Positions 15,196 to 28,200 of a stretch of DNA of 64,000 nucleotides are shown one piece after another (position 1 is the first letter of the stretch; each line of letters starts with the position of its first letter). The DNA comes from Iphione sp. A-MEVVRFRX5 (taxonomy: Eukaryota). The DNA is taken from contig OZ320317.1 of assembly GCA_976226885.1 (NCBI GenBank), positions 41,602,001-41,666,000 on the forward strand, written 5' to 3'. The translations under genes were made by a program, and so were the position numbers. The notes beneath the pieces were generated by a model, which saw only the letters and a program-made list of their open reading frames with translations, did no database searches and was not told the origin of the DNA.

Positions 15196-15247
15196 GGGAA
15201 AGGAAACAGATAGCATGGTCATCTTCGATGACGAAGGATGAAGAAGA
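13246..15247 (+). mobile_element. 5'-truncated, degenerate RTE-clade non-LTR retrotransposon (LINE)
   Basis: Translates to the typical RTE ORF2 linker and RT motifs: ALRTV..PILSAEG.LLTDREKILLRLAEHF, KAPGRDAIPAE, HLYKRKG, ESQSGFQKDRGTTDMIF, FINLTKASNTV, GVKQGCVLAPTL, FLFAED (YADD-like), FTYLGSTLS, LYGAETW, GHV.*MPDTRL. It ends in a C2H2 finger followed by a short 3' UTR with a gatgacgaaggatgaagaaga tail. No endonuclease domain is present. Confidence 0.95.
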
Positions 15248-16626
15248 TCTGTCTTTCTAATCTTGTCCACTAGGCTGTCTCGGTCCCTTTCTTAGTCTGG
15301 CCATCACATTTATTATATCTCTTTTCCGCCTTCTCCCTTTCTGCGTTTCCCTTTCTCCCCGGAATGTTTACCTGTTTGTCCACCTGTCTGGCTGGCGGCC
15401 AGTGCACCCCCTCCCGATTACTACCCTCCCCGCGTCATCCACACGCGGCCGTCCGTGCCTCCGTCCCGGGTAAGAGGAGCTCATCCTGGTAATTGTCGTT
15501 GACACGGATATTTTCTCATCAGGTTTCAGTCTGATTGCACAACTCGGTTTCACTTGGGTCGATGTTTTTCTGAACCTCCACACACGCACAGGGACACAAT
15601 AACAGGAGCTTCCCGCGCCCTCCCCTCTTGGCCATTACATGGCAGCTAACCTCCTTCCTACGCCTTTTACAGTCTCTGCCCTGTGGTCTAGACTTCTATC
15701 CTCCATCTATGTAAACAGTCCGCTAGGACGATGGTTGGAACTAATAATATCTATTATTATTATCTATAATTCACTATTTTCCAACGTTGTCCTTCTTAGC
15801 TCGCCTCACGCAATTACTGGTGATCTTTAACGTCCCGCTGCCCCCTACTAAACATTTACTTTGAAAAGGATACATGTACTTCAAATTCAAAACACTGCTA
15901 GGCGAGAGGTCGCCTACAGGTCTATGGAAAGCCTTTGGCTGCAGAGGATGGCTGCAGCCTACAAGAGAGCAATGCAAACCGCAGGAGAAACAGATGTTTC
16001 TTTGCCTTTTCATTGGCTACCCATCGCTTCCCTTACCTATATGTGCCTGGCCAGTCTGTTGGTGCCCCAGCAACTGTGAGCCGTTCGGCAACCAGCCTGT
16101 GGCTGTCCCCGCCCCTATTGCACCTTACATCACCCCCGTCTGCTCACAGCCCACTCGCATGTGCTCATTCTCTGCTCTCTGCAGCCGCCCGCTTCCATCA
16201 GCGCTGTGTTGGTCATTCCCCTCCCATCACCGAGAGTCCCCGATTAAAATGTGTCAGGGTCAAAAGGACATAGAGGTGAAGTGATCTGGGACTGAATCGA
16301 CCAGGACCCCTGGGCCCCTCACGCTGCCCACGTCCAGACTTCCTATGTCATTTCCAACATAAGGCCAACCATGCAACGCCCATCCCACCAAGCCCTGACC
16401 AGCTCCTTGTGACTAAGGTCCTAATCACAGATGACATACGCAGTGGGTGCATGGGTAGGGAAGGATGAGGGTTTAGCATCAAAAGGGTTGGAACAACTAC
16501 GTAAGGAATGTGCCACAGCCATGTTAATTTCAAATAACATATTGCCAAAAGCATGTCTGCCGCACTAATAACCACTGTTAACCTTCAACATGTAAGGGAT
16601 CGTGTACTACGGGAAGCGTAATAACG

Positions 16627-16730
16627 TTAAAATAACCGTCGCAACGACGTATTGTTATCTATTGCAGGAATATTTAGTAATATTATACATTGTATGTGGT
16701 ACTAACACTATCGTTGCAACGGTTAATTAA
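16627..16730. mobile_element. Small inverted-repeat element (MITE-like, about 100 bp)
   Basis: Left ttaa-aa-taaccgtcgcaacga..tgtta and right taaca..tcgttgcaacggtta-a-ttaa are imperfect inverted repeats, with TTAA at both ends. Confidence 0.5.
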
Positions 16731-17466
16731 AGTGTGTTTTATTAGGGAAAGTAAATCAGGGGTTGTGTTGTCTAAGCATACGTTTTAAGCATGTGATAGA
16801 GATGAAGGAGCTGTCGGACGAGACTGTTTAATTGCCATCTCCTATTGATTCTCAGTTGGTAAGGGCAGCGACAATCATTAGGACCTTGCAGCTCCGACCT
16901 GTTTAGATGTGTCCCCAGTCAGTCATATACCTGTCCCTGTGACTACTTTATGTCTGTCTTTATTTCTCTCTGTTCCTTCTCTTAGATTTACAGTCTTTGT
17001 GTCAAGGAGCCACGGAGTCTTTATCCGTTCCTTAAATTCTCTTCCCGGCCTCTTTCCTAAGCTATCATTCATTTGCTTCCTTCTGGCTCTCGATTTGTTC
17101 TTTTGTACTTTTCTTGAGATTTTAGTCTGACGCAGAACTATCATACGGTACCATATTCGACAGAAGTGGTTACACGCACAAAGCGTGCTACTTTACGGAT
17201 TCAACACATTATCGTTTGCTAGAGATTATTTAATTACCAAAATCCACAGGAAGATAGGGAGACAAGAGCACCAGATTATTATATAAGTACACATGTTCAC
17301 ACATTGACTTTCATCATACATATACATTTCTAGCTAAGAGAATCCTCCATACATCCCCAGCAGTCACGAATACAAGCCACACATTCCACGCTCATTCACA
17401 GTCACACACGACAAATCTCACTAACGGTCCTACCAGCAGTGACAAGTGTTAACGTAAAGGTCGTTA

Positions 17467-17606
17467 CGCCCCCTGGCGGACGTGATTTATGGCGGTAGGT
17501 GGCGCCACCACCAAACGCTTCAACTTAGCCTCGTTCCCATTGTTTGCGCAGGCGCAGACGCTTCCTCTGAGAGATGGGCCGATCGCAAACAAGCCACGCA
17601 TGCGCA
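17467..17606. promoter_or_regulatory. CpG-rich motif cluster: CTCF-like x2, NRF1-like x2
   Basis: cgccccctggcgg (reverse complement CCGCCAGGGGGCG) at 17467-17479; AGGTGGCGC at 17497-17505; TGCGCAGGCGCA at 17545-17556; CGCATGCGCA at 17597-17606. Motif match only. Confidence 0.4.
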
Positions 17607-20595
17607 CGGAACCATTAATCATCAGTAATTGAGATCAGAGGGTCGGTTTAGACTGAAGCTTGAGGGGAGAGTGAAAGACCGATTGAAAAGCAGGGGAAGG
17701 AACTGTCCTTTTGCTTTACCAAATACCATCCAATCACCAATGGCACACACCAGTGCGATTCTACTGCCATTTCTAACCATGTCCCTACCTATGTAAGGAC
17801 CATTGCATTTTTCCCCTCCCATATACAACTATACATATATACCTGTATCTTAAATCCCCTCTCTTTTACGTTTTTTTCTTCATGCACTATGACTTTTAAT
17901 TGTTGTTAATATCTCTCTATTGACTCCACTTTCTCTTTCAGCAGTTAATTTATACATCTACTATCATAGTTGAAATATTTACTCTGTCCTATCCCATATT
18001 CAATTCGATCTTGTGTTACAAGGCCATTTCCTTTGAAACCGCAATCTCCCCTCCTCTCATATATACATGAAATACTAGTACATTCTATAAATCATACTAA
18101 AGTTTTAGTTACTGTCCATTATGCACAATTACCCATCAAAGTTGCTCTACCCTAACCTATATTTTCTTAATTTTAGAGGCTATTTGACACCCTCCGTACA
18201 ACCACTGTCCGAAGCCTTTTCAAGCCCATAGTTTCTGTCCCTCAGTTCCAGTTATATCCCTCCTTATTCAGCTTAATACAACATATTCTCACACCTCACA
18301 CACGTCCCTTGTCAACCACTCCTGATTACTCTAACCTGATCCTTGTTTCTCTTTTGCCCTTCCATCTACTTCGTCCACCATTATCTCCTGCAACCACACC
18401 CTTACATCTTGGCAGCTTGACTTTATGAGTTTTAGCATCAGTTTTTAATGATTCTTCGTATTTTCGCTCCCCATCTGTCCGCACAAGCAGTTGGCTCATC
18501 CCTTGTTAGTCTTTCTTTTTGTCTTATCGACGTAAGAAATCTGAGCAAAGGGGTTGATTTCCTTCAGATCCCAAGTCCTGCATGAAAGCTGATTTTTTTT
18601 TGTCAGCTGAGGGTCGCAGCTGCTTCCTAACACTGGAAGCAGGGGGTGGGGTAGATAAGGGGTTTGGTTCTCAGGAACCAAATAGTGGCGGCACCTGATA
18701 ACGGACGGTTGGACGGGGGGGATGGTCCGATGTTCCTTGTTGCTTTAAAGTTTAATTGCGTCATATTGCACGTATACACGTCCTTTTCTACGCAGGGAAG
18801 GTAGAATTTTGTTCGTTTCGACAAAGTACATTCCTAATAATAACGAACACATCCACAATTTTATAGAAGTTACTTGAAATCAAGCTATACGACACGCTAA
18901 AAATCATTACATCAAGTAGTCTACTACAAAGAATGTAAATGACCGATTTGAGAAGTGGCTCGTAGGTCATTAACCACCCACCACTGTTTGCACACTAATC
19001 GCTCTGGGCAGCAACACTGTTGGCAGATGGCAGAAAACAGTTTTATTAAATTACTTTTACTAACAAACACTTATTTGTGTTCAACATAAATTTTCTTGAA
19101 ACACTCATGCGCAGATGATTAATTGTTGACGGGTCTTTGTCACGAGAAAAACATTTTCATGCCAATTTGTAGAGGTTTTCATTTCGTGCCAGTGCAGGCA
19201 ATGTGCCTTTTCAGGTCGCCCTATTTGAGAAGTCATTGCCCGGCGATGCTAAAAGAGATGGCAATATGGCTTTCCTTATTTTTAAGCATGAGCTAGCTGT
19301 CATCGCTATCTTCGATCACAAGAAATGCTTTCTTAAGAAGAGAAAATCCTGCATCTCTGTGTGAAACATTTTTTTCATCTCCTTCTTTTATTCTTTAATA
19401 AAAACCGCGCGGCCGTCTTCAAGTGTGGATTTTTAAAAGATGTTTGGAGCCTCAGACGCAACATCAGTCAATACATTTTTCTCAAAGCTAAGATTATTGG
19501 ACACCACGTTACCAAGATGAAGGGATAAAACCAACGTTACTTAAAAAGTAAGATTGAACAACCATTTTAACAGTGGTTGACATTGGGATTTTCACTGTAT
19601 AATGCCTCAGGCATTCTTTGAAAAAAAGTGGCCCAAGATTCTTCATCATTTAGACAACAAAATTTGAGATGAAACTGAAGCTCCGGTTTTTAGCATCTGT
19701 GATTCACACACCTGATTCACAACCAACAGACAAGACTACCCATTCTTCAATAAGGGTAAGGAAATTATCGTTCGACTGAAAGAAATGCCACAGATATTTA
19801 TGGCAGAAAAAGTGCTATATTATTCACACTATATCAAACTCGTAACCAACGCAGCTTTACAAATTTAAACCAGCATTATATACTCTTTAGAATGGCTTCA
19901 ATGTTTCTAAGTTTGTGAAGTTAAGGACGTATAACTTTTCTATATGTGTTCCACATTATCAGGATTCAAAAAAAATATGAGTAATGGAAAAGTGATGCTT
20001 CGTAAGCCAGGAAGGTCTGCGAGTGCCATGATATGAGCTGGTTATAGAGAGAATTGATGGTAGCTTGAGCTCGTCATATAATGTGAACCATTCTCGACAT
20101 CGTCCCATAGAACAACGCGAGCAGCTAAATGCAGATCTGTTTTTTCCTGTATATAAGTGTTCTAATTTTCATTATAAACTTCCAAAATTAATCCTTCCTT
20201 TCACGTCATGTATCTAATTTAATGAAATATACAGGTGTTGGTATAAACAACCACGTATAATTCTAACCATTTCTCCCAGCGAAATAGTAATAATTACGGC
20301 ATATTTTACTTCACAATACTCGATACTAGATTACCCTATGGTAGAGAAATGTACAGTCACAATGTCAAGTATGTGGATTGAGAAACTCTTGGTTCATGAC
20401 AGGCCGGAACACCATGAGCTCCTGATCAGGAACTGAAATGGTGGTCTAAGGGTCTAATATTTACTTTTGATGTACGTATCTACACTTTGGTTACGGATGT
20501 CTTAAACTCTTCACGGTGAAAACATTGGAATTGCGAGGATCTGAAAAGCCCCAGACATGAATTTTTTTCGCCCTAGCAAATTTAGATGTTTTAGA

Positions 20596-20925
20596 TTAGG
20601 CCTCAAAAATACCCGTATTTCCGGTAACATGCTAAAAATATAGGGGGTAGGTCGTCAGGTGGATTATATTTATTTCTATTTTTTTCAATGTTAAAGCATC
20701 CTAAAATAACAAATATATGTGGTAATGTCACTTTTACTACTTAGATCTTAATGGAACCTATACCAAATGGAAGCTAGTGATCTAAGGAACACTTAGATGC
20801 ATAGTACATGTTTCTATCACTCCGGAGATATTCAAAAACAAGTATAAAATAAAAAAACATTGGGACCAAAATAAGGGTCGGTCGGGTTACCCAAAAAACA
20901 GAACGTCTTTTTTTATTAGGTCTTA
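20596..20925. mobile_element. Non-autonomous DNA transposon (MITE, about 330 bp; superfamily uncertain, PIF/ISL2EU-like from memory)
   Basis: The ends ttaggcct..aaaaa..gtatttccggtaac and gttacccaaaaaac..tttttt..aggtctta form degenerate TIRs. Subterminal gggtaggtcg and gggtcggtcggg motifs lie near the two ends. Confidence 0.55.
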
Positions 20926-23900
20926 GGCAGGATACCAACTCCTCCTTTGCAGTACCAAATAGTACTGATAGGTACTGTCATTATACTGAAAGCATAGATC
21001 CTATCGTCTCTGCCTCAACGTTCAGTTCATTCCAAGGATAACTCAAAAGTCAGTGGAAAATGTGGACGAGACATCATTTTAATCAGTTGGGGTACACGTC
21101 TCTCTTGTTCGCTTTCACGGATTCGTTCATGTTGGTGTCGAAACTCAGCACCAAATATGTAAAAAGGTGAACGTAATAGTAATAGATTCTATTTCATATA
21201 ACTATCATAACCTGTTATTATACACACGTGATTATTTTAAATCTATTCCATATATAATCATATACATGTATATATATTCATTGTTACATGAGTCATAACA
21301 CACTGCAGTTGTTTCTAGTTTCACTCGGTACAGGTTGCTCTAAGCTAGTGACTAATGCCAGTCTTCATTTGACAGACTTACGGGATTTGTTCTTAGAGAC
21401 ATCTGGTCTGATCCCCAATATTAAGAGAAGGCTTTACTGGATCATAGGTCCGCCATATTGGTAAGCAGTAGGTATATAGACTAACTCATTCATCAACCAT
21501 ATGAGGTATTCACCACGTGACCAAAGGTGATCAATAAACCCTCTCTTGAAGGGTGTTCGCCGTCAGTGGCTAATTTGTCCCCATGTTGGGTGGCAGTTTA
21601 TCTGAAGCCTTTTTGACGTTGATGAATTGCACTGCAGTAAAGCCTTATCATAATGAAGGCTTTGGAAGCTGAGAATTTGTCCGCAATATCCTACGTGATA
21701 AAAACTAGGGAACAGAGTTGTAATTATAGCGCATCCTAAAGTAGAATAATGAATGATTTGATGTGGATCAATATTGTTTGAATAAGGTATCCCTGTCGAC
21801 GCCACGCTTTACCGATAAGTAGTATATTTCAAGCTAATTTTTATAAGAATATGCATTTTATATAATATATTGATAGCCTTTGTGTTAATTCCCTAATTAT
21901 AAAACATACACAGTATCTTTGCATAGAAATAAAGGCAATGCACGTTGAAGTGGTCGACATCAAAGAGATTTTTCCCTCCTAAATTGTTATTAGACTTTAC
22001 ATTTTCCATCATCGTTCACAACAGCCTACTTATTCAGCTTTTTACATATACATTTCATTCATCTTCCCCAGCATTTTTCTTTTGTTGTCTGAATCCATTT
22101 GCATTTTTGTATAGGCGCCAATTGTTCTAATATTAGACATAAAGGTTTAGCCTGCCCATTTCTGGACCCGCTAGCTTTTTCCTTTTAGCTGCGAGATAAA
22201 AGGGATGTAACTCCTTATCTCTATAATCTTTAGTTATTTACGAGGGTAAGAATTCGGATGAGGCCGATATTATGTTCATCAGTAAAGAATTGTGGGTTTG
22301 ATTAATCTGAGACTGAATAAACTACGATAGTGCCGCTTTAAGAAGGGAGATAACTAAGCCAATTTTCTCCACGACTGAGGCGCACAGTTTTCATTATTTA
22401 AAGAGAGGAAGGGTTCTGATACCCCTACTTAATGAGGGAGACGGATGAGGAAGGGAATTACAATTTGTAACAAAGGGCAGTGTGATGATTTACATCGAGT
22501 ACTGAATAAATGATCAACAAATCTAAATTACAGTCTCGTCTATGGGGAATTAGAAAAAAAATATCCATGTATAAATAGTTTTGATGTCTAAGCAAAAACG
22601 TGCGTGGAATTATTACGACATCTTCTTTTTACATTAGCCTTCTCGCATCATAACACATCTTAGACCATAATTCCTTTTTTGTGTCAGCATGCTTACATGA
22701 ATAGGGTGATACATTTTTTTTCTATAGGTTAAAAAAAACTTCTCCATTGAGAGAGGAATTACAACATCTGTTATTGCAGATAAACATTTATTCATGAAAT
22801 AAAACATTGGAAGTCCTGCCAGAGCACCGACCGGAAGTCAGCCGTGCGTCGGCGACTGACGCACCGCGTCCTTCGAGTTCTTGACGTTCTGCCGCCAAAC
22901 GCAGCTGCTTTCGCATGCGGCGTGGGATAATCCGGACTAAATGGGTTAATCTCACCACACCATCCCCTTTGCCGCCGTTACTCATCACTCTGCCCCTCCC
23001 TCTCCATGTTTCTGTCTGTCTGTCTGTCTCTCTCTGTCGCTGTTTCTATCTCTTTCCTGTCCCGTTTTCCTGTGTCCGCTTGCCTCTTTCTATCCCTTTG
23101 GTTCTGTATATTTCCGTTCGTATATCTGTCTTGATGACCTGTGAGCATGTGATTGCGTCTGTCTGTAGTATTTGTACGCGAGCCGTATGAGATGGGAAAG
23201 AATGAGGCCTGACTAATCCTGCCACCTGGTGGGATTTAGGGTGGGTTGGGGGCTGGGATGAGGCTGTAATCAGTGGCTGCCGTCCGTCGGGGAAAACAGT
23301 CTGCTTTCCCCAGAAGCCCCAACGGTAAGCCGTCGGGCCGCGTCAGGGAAGAATAATCACTCTCAGATGGCAAAGAAGGAAGAACTTAGACAGGCAAATA
23401 GCACCTTCGCCCAGTCAGATGATGAATGGGGAATAGTCAGAGTGACCATATGGCAGTTAATCGAAAATGACAGTTAATGTTAAGTCATACTAAGTTGCCC
23501 TTAGTGAACGATTTCTGAGTACCTAGGCAACCGCTTGAACAATTAAAGTTCCCTATTAAAATTACATAACGGCCCCAAAATAAACTTTCCGGCGGTACAA
23601 AACAAGACCGTGTAGTGAGACTGCATTGTTAAAGGTTAACATCAAAGCGTATTGTGAGATGTCAACATAATCCGTATACACGATATTGCACCCAAAGATA
23701 CGCGCATAATTTCCATTACGAACATCTAGCATTGCTCTCTAAAAAGTCGGTGAAATTTTGAATCGTAGCAAGTAATCCGAAAAACGGTCGCCCTGACAGG
23801 GCCAAGGTTACTCCAAGGTCATATTCCGAAGGCCACCCTTCTTATAGCGACGGATGCCCGTGGTAGGGCGCTCCAGTGTGTTTTGGGGGTCTTATGCTGC

Positions 23901-24899
23901 GGGGAGTTTGTAGTCTCGACGGTCTCTGTACCAGACACGATAATGTGATGGTTTAGCAATGTAAAACAAATAAAACTAAATCTTTTAGGCTGCATAACTA
24001 ACGACTGGGAGGTGGGTAGAAGTATAAGAAACGAACGACACACACTGATCGAACATCGCGCCTACGGTTATGAAGGTCCTGAGGTACAGATCAAGCTTGC
24101 TTGCGATTCACGTATTTTAACTGTCATACATGGGAAGGAACATCTTGTAGTTTCATTTCAATCATCCCGTTATTCTCTTCCAACCGGACTTGTTACCTCC
24201 GCTCTCCTTCCTTTTTTCTCTCTATTATGTTCCATCTCTCTTGTCCCATGTACACTCCCGAACTCCCTCATTTTTCTAGTTCGCGTATTTCTATTTTATG
24301 ACATGTCTCACTGTTTCTTCTAACGCCCCTTTGTTTCTTTCTCCAACCTTCTCTTGCAATTTAATTCCGCTCTGTCTTTTGCCTTAACTCCTATCCACGC
24401 TATCCTAAACACCTTCCATTCATCTTTTGCAATCGAGTTGTTCTGCTTGCGTCAGTCTAAAAGGAAATTATTTTCTTTTGTCGCACCAACCGTACCATCA
24501 GGCATCATGCATATCATTTATACTAAACGTTTTGACTTCTCTGGCAATGTCTAGGGAAACCCATTATTGCCTACGAAAACAAAACGTTTAACCGTGCATG
24601 CGGATTCCAAGGTGTGCAGAGGTAGATAACGAGAATATCCCCATAGTTGAATGATGGTGCTACTAGTCCCTTCCAATAGGAAATCTGCCGCTACTACTAG
24701 ATTTGAACTACTGGGAGTTAACGTCTCCGTACTCGAGACGAAGACAGGTTTACCTTAGTCTTCAAATGCTAGGAAAGGGATACTACAGTGGGGTTCACTT
24801 GAAGGAAAGCTTTGTGGTCCAGATATACTGGACGATGAAAACTACCGTCGACAGTAGATTTATTTGTACCAATGAGGCATTTACCAGTGCTGGAGGAAG

Positions 24900-25255
24900 G
24901 GCTTTAACGGAGTCTATCCCAAAGATAGGCTTCCGCTGTTGACAGAGACGCGAAGTCTATGTCTGTGTTGTCCATATTGTAGTATATGGAATGGGACTCT
25001 GCTTCGGGCAAAGTAGGAGGAACTGTCCATACCGGCTACAGAATCGGAACCTTGGCACATCCAGAAAGGTGTATTACCAACTATATTAACTCTACTAGAG
25101 GTGTTACAGAACGCTACCTGAAGGTAAATAGAGAAAAAAAATTCTGGTCGAACCGAGTCATAACTAGATCGCGCCATGCTGGAATGGATCCATGAGAACC
25201 AAATCAACCCATGTCCCATGACGAAAATCTTTTTTTTTAAGGCAAGATCACTCAA
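24900..25255 (+). mobile_element. Possible remnant of a pogo/Tigger transposase N-terminal DNA-binding region
   Basis: One frame with stops reads ..PWHIQKGVL..KKNSGRTES*LDRAMLEWIHENQINPCPMTKIFFFKARSL, resembling the CENP-B/Tc5 HTH pattern (LExxLLEWxxExR..P(I/V)T...KAxxL). No DDE domain or TIRs were seen. Confidence 0.3.
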
Positions 25256-28200
25256 ATGCTCTCTTTTCTCCTGTAATTCGCCGGGGACCCCTAAAACCTC
25301 CTGAAAATTGTTATAAATCAATAAATTATTGGTACTTTCCCTCTTGATTTCCTAGAAAGTCGATAAAACACTGCATTTTGTTCCTTATAGTCCCTCCTGT
25401 CCCGCCTGTCCTCTAGCTCTGTTTCCAGTCATGTTACTTTTCTTTCCTCTCTCTATATGTTTCTCCTTTGCTGCGAAGAATTGACATAGCGCAATATATG
25501 ACTAGAATGACGTTATAGTGGAGTGAATACAAAATGAAACACTTTTATCATTGGTGTGTATGGTGAAGGAGCAAGGGCTTCAAGTCGATTTTATTCCTAT
25601 ATCAAGTCATGTCCATCATGACCCCAAAATTCCTTATGTCGCCAACATGTGCAAAACATTTAATTTGGAAAGTATTCAATAAGGTATGTGCAGCCTGTAG
25701 ATGCCCAAATGGTTTTTATATATCATCTATCACACAGTTTGAAAATAATGATTTTTAGATTTATATTCTGTTGCCAAACGTATCTATCAGCATGTCTACT
25801 GGCATCATGCAGTAATGCAGGCTTGAAGCATCATGGGATAACTATTGCTACAATTGAAACATTCTGACTAATTGACCGATCGCCGAATTACATGAATTTG
25901 CAGTCAAATGACGTTGTTTACAGTTATGGTAAAATTTATGTCATTTACGTTGCGAGTTCATTGGGAAATTCTACAGGGCTGTAACTTCTCTGTACATTAA
26001 GCTGAGAGACATGATATAACTCATTTTCTTCCTCAGGTCCTCAGCTTTCATTTGTTATAAGTTTAGTTAAATCCAACCAATAGAATTGGGTGTATTGGGC
26101 TTAGAAAGATACAGTGTACCACATAAATAGCCAGCAGAATGTTAGTGCTGTTGTAGCTAGACCTGTGGCTGAGATAAAACAAGCCCATAATCTTGGAAAA
26201 TTTCGGCCATATTGCTCCCATCATCTACTGTGAAGAGGAAACCCGTTTTACACGTGCCCTGTTTGTCCTTCACCAAGCGACCTTCAGGGCTCAAAAAGTT
26301 CGATCGCAACATCTGGCCACATGTAGTCTAATTTAATGCACGTGGCCGGATCAGGGACGCCATTGATTTTAGGTTTCATGCACACACTGTCAAACGGAGA
26401 CACAGATGGTAAAAATACTTACCATAAAGAGGACTTTACGGAGGGAAAGCGAATACACAACCAGCGCCTACACACCTTAGCACTGGAAATCCCTGAATAA
26501 GTATCATCGAAACAAGACTGTCTGCATTGAATGGACATAAACTATACAAATAAAATTCAGTATAACAAATCTCCATGAACCACACGGATTTCCATGAAAC
26601 GAATATGAGTAAGATAACGAGCCTTGCCTATAGTTAGGCCTTGGAGCACAAATCCCGCTCTTCGTCGAAAGATGAACATGTTTTCATACCAAATGTGAAC
26701 AAGAGGCAATACTTGCAAAAGAGGCCCCAACATTATGGCTTATTCTATATACTCATATAGACCTTACACCAACAGGTGTTATTGTGTTCTAATTAGTAGT
26801 AATGTTAAAATAGTATAATTCACATCATAAACCTCAATATTTGTGGGATAATGATGGATGACCCCAAATCCCCCTTAATATATGTCTAATCAGATAACTT
26901 GAGTGCGTCACGCCCTCTTATAGTTACTGGGTACTTCTGTGTGTACGACATGCGATGCAGTTTTCCTAGTACTTTTCTTTCTCGGTTGGACACATGTCCT
27001 TTCTGTGTGAAGGACGGCAGTATGGAATAAATCCAGGATTACAAAAGTGCATTTCCATGATGGTTTACTTTGGAACCTTTGTAGTACTGTCGATGCAAAA
27101 CAGGCTGCAATATTCGATCAGATCCTTGATTATATTTAAACCCTAATCATCTTGTATCCTTTCATTTCCAATGTATTTGTAATGATTTTCATTGTCTCCA
27201 AGGAAACAGCTATGTTCATTGCCATTACATAAAAGGTGTGGCTCACTGAAGTAATTTAGCAACTGTCTGATAAGCCCACACCACGCCCTATCCGTCTTTT
27301 TTTAAACCTGTTTGACCGAATTCCTGACGTCCATACCACTTTTCATATCAAAGTTATGCCTTATTTCCGAGCTGATCACACTCCTTGTGTTCAAACATAC
27401 ATCTGTACGATTATGAGGGGAAATGGTCCGTTCTTAGCAAATTGGACCGATCCCGTATTGACCCATTGACTTGCAAACCGTGTTGACCGCATCGTGTTCT
27501 AGTCTATAAGAATGCATTGCAACCCCGATGTAATACATATTTTCATTTCCGAGTGAATTAAACAAAAACTTTCGTTAGCGATGCCACCCTCGGGCAGTAC
27601 CGTCTATATTGGTTGATGAACGATGCGGCAGCTATGCAAGTTTAAGATGCGAATGGATAATGATACAAGTCGTTTCGGATCCCGTATTCATCCTTGGATG
27701 AATATCCAGCGGTCAAGTAAGAAAAAAAGTCTCCAGTATCTTGGCCAAGAGGTCTCAAACCAGGCAGGCCTCAGTTATAGTGGACAGTGTATCTCTTGGT
27801 CAGATAGATATCCAGGTAGTCTGGCTGTCACACAAGTGCTACGTGGTTCAAGCTTTTGCGACAGACGAGCCGTAACGATACATGATACCTGGGCATTTGG
27901 TAGGTTTCGAAAGGTAGTGGTGATAATGTGGTAGAGAAGGGGTCGGGTGGTGGTCGTAAAGGTAGGAGGTGGAGGGGGTGGCATGCGGGGAAGAGGATTC
28001 CCTTTGTAAAGCAGGATCGATCGCACAAAGGACCTTAAAGGCTATGAGCCGAGACAAAGGGCCGGAAGACGTATGTTTTCATGACCGGGCTAACCTAGTA
28101 GTTTTATTCTAGGGGCACGCATGTTTTCCTATGTATGTTCATCCCTGGCTTACGGGCGATCTAATAACCATGAAAACATGTGTGCCGACATCCTTAAATG

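Noticed and set aside
13238-15256. tgtcttt as target-site duplication of the RTE element
   Set aside because: Only 7 bp, offset from the tail, and the flanks are rich in similar pyrimidine words.
19080-19700. Minus-strand peptide NHLRMSVSRKF resembling the Crypton tyrosine-recombinase H-x-L-R motif
   Set aside because: Spacing is wrong, the frames are full of stops, and the match overlaps a catgcgca motif typical of non-coding element ends.
21600-21690. Minus-strand DIADKFSASK..CSAI resembling a Harbinger transposase HTH
   Set aside because: Too short, and the downstream DDE motifs (GAIDGTHI) are absent.
24900-24935. FNGVYPKDRLP resembling the start of a Polinton/adenoviral cysteine protease
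   Set aside because: No following NTD..G.HW motif and no other Polinton genes nearby.
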